Of a stretch of 64,000 bases of DNA, positions 63,062-64,000 are shown in pieces. A program made the translations under genes and the position numbers. The notes beneath the pieces are model-generated. The model was not told the origin of the DNA, made no database searches, and saw only the letters and a list, made by a program, of their open reading frames with translations. The stretch is from Chloroflexota bacterium (GTDB lineage: Bacteria; Chloroflexota; Limnocylindria; Limnocylindrales; CSP1-4). The stretch spans positions 35,374 through 99,373 of the forward strand of contig JAUJOH010000010.1 of NCBI GenBank assembly GCA_030447745.1, read 5' to 3'. Each line of letters opens with the position of its first letter. Position 1 is the stretch's first letter.

Positions 63062-63847
63062 ATGTCCGATATGCGAGCGGATGGCCGGAATTCCGCACTG
63101 GGCGTGCTTCAAAACGGAATGGCCCTCTTGGAACTTCTCGCCACGCGTGGAGGCCTGACCGTGGCCGAAGCGAGCCGAGGGATCGGCATTAGCCGCGCCG
63201 CAGCGTTCCGGCTCCTTCACACATTGAGCGTGCAGGGATACGTTCTTAAGAACTCTCGATCCCCTCGTTATTACCCCGCCGCCCGTCTAATCGCGCTGGG
63301 TCAGTCGCTAACGTCCTCGACCGCGATTGCCGGACTAATGAAGAGCGCCATGGCGACGCTCTTCGAGCTTTATGGCGAGACGGTGAATGTCGGACTCCCG
63401 CACGGCGATCGTGTTCTCTACATCGACATGCTCGAGAGCCGCCGTGGGCTCCGTATGGCTGCGCAGATCGGTGAACGGGACCACCTCCACTCCACGGCGC
63501 TCGGGAAAGCCCTGCTCGCGGCTTTGAGTCACGAGGACGCAGCAGCGTTGATAGCGGGAATCCCACTCCCGAGGCTCACCCACAGCACGATCACGTCGCG
63601 AACCGCACTGTTCGCAGAGATTGCCAGGATCCGCGAACGCGGCTATGCGGTCGATGATGAAGAGAATGAAATGGGCGCGCGATGCGTGGGCGTGGCAATT
63701 CGTGACGCCGGCCGTCCAGTTGTCGCCCTTAGCGTTTCAGGTCCCTCCGTCAGGATGCCGGAAGCCCTCATCGCGGACATTGGACGGAAGCTGGTGGCGA
63801 CGCGCGACGGGCTGGAGGCCGCGGACCATGCTTGGACTAACGCGTGA
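63062..63847 (+). CDS. IclR family transcriptional regulator
   Basis: N-terminal HTH, GETVN, HSTALGKALLA, RGYAVDDEE...G..CV, ALSVSGP. Confidence 0.92.
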   Translation: MSDMRADGRNSALGVLQNGMALLELLATRGGLTVAEASRGIGISRAAAFRLLHTLSVQGYVLKNSRSPRYYPAARLIALGQSLTSSTAIAGLMKSAMATLFELYGETVNVGLPHGDRVLYIDMLESRRGLRMAAQIGERDHLHSTALGKALLAALSHEDAAALIAGIPLPRLTHSTITSRTALFAEIARIRERGYAVDDEENEMGARCVGVAIRDAGRPVVALSVSGPSVRMPEALIADIGRKLVATRDGLEAADHAWTNA

Positions 63848-64000
63848 CGCTCGCTATCTCGCCGTCTGGCTCAACATCGAGGTGATTGCGGCCGGCGTCA
63901 ATAGCACCTTTCGTGCTGGAACCTCTATGGCATCACAATCGGCACCTTTGGTCACGTTGGAGACGGCAATCTGCACCCGACCCTCGTCCTGCCACGGGGA
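63844..64000 (+). CDS. FAD-linked oxidase C-terminal-domain fragment (GlcD-like)
   Basis: GITIGTFGHVGDGNLHP motif with no preceding FAD-binding domain. Confidence 0.55.

Larger units (their letters stand above)
57192..64000. mobile_element. Genomic island inserted in comM (left part only; continues beyond window)
   Basis: Abrupt break of comM, visibly lower GC and more A/T-ending codons, accessory and decayed genes. No integrase within the window. Confidence 0.75.

Overview
A very GC-rich bacterial chromosome segment. Gene content and order suggest Chloroflexota, possibly Limnocylindria-like; this is an inference. Bases 1-57,190 are mostly a minus-strand housekeeping backbone. In transcription order: comM/yifB remnant, dprA, topA, xerC, murJ, murJ, three femABX-like genes, murE, lmeA-like, relA, hisS, aspS, eamA, typA, iscS, mnmA, alaS, ftsA-like, baseplate-J-like, ruvX, mltG, pepQ, efp, xseA, xseB, dxs, tlyA, nadK, xerD, PH-domain gene, site-2 protease, HD gene, scpA, scpB, rluB, cmk-plsC fusion, ispH. 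Small accessory patches sit at about 9-11.5 kb, 26-28.5 kb and 40.8-42 kb. At about 57,191 comM breaks abruptly in its N-L-A-P-A-D-L motif, and a compositionally different (visibly lower GC) island runs to the window end. The island carries DinB genes, an IS remnant, and a nitrilase/HD/PLP D-amino-acid deaminase/IclR/FAD-oxidase cluster. Many genes, including normally essential ones (alaS, mnmA), have frameshifts or small deletions, so the consensus is error-rich and pseudogene calls are uncertain. Best candidates for under-described biology are: (1) an FtsA-like ATPase coupled to a membrane-anchored baseplate-J-like protein inside the alaS-ruvX-mltG operon; (2) a triple FemABX, double MurJ, non-DAP-type MurE cell-wall cluster; (3) the comM-integrated island; (4) pervasive leaderless-type promoters; (5) a 100-bp duplication beside a structured intergenic region upstream of relA. 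No rRNA, intact tRNA or CRISPR array was seen.
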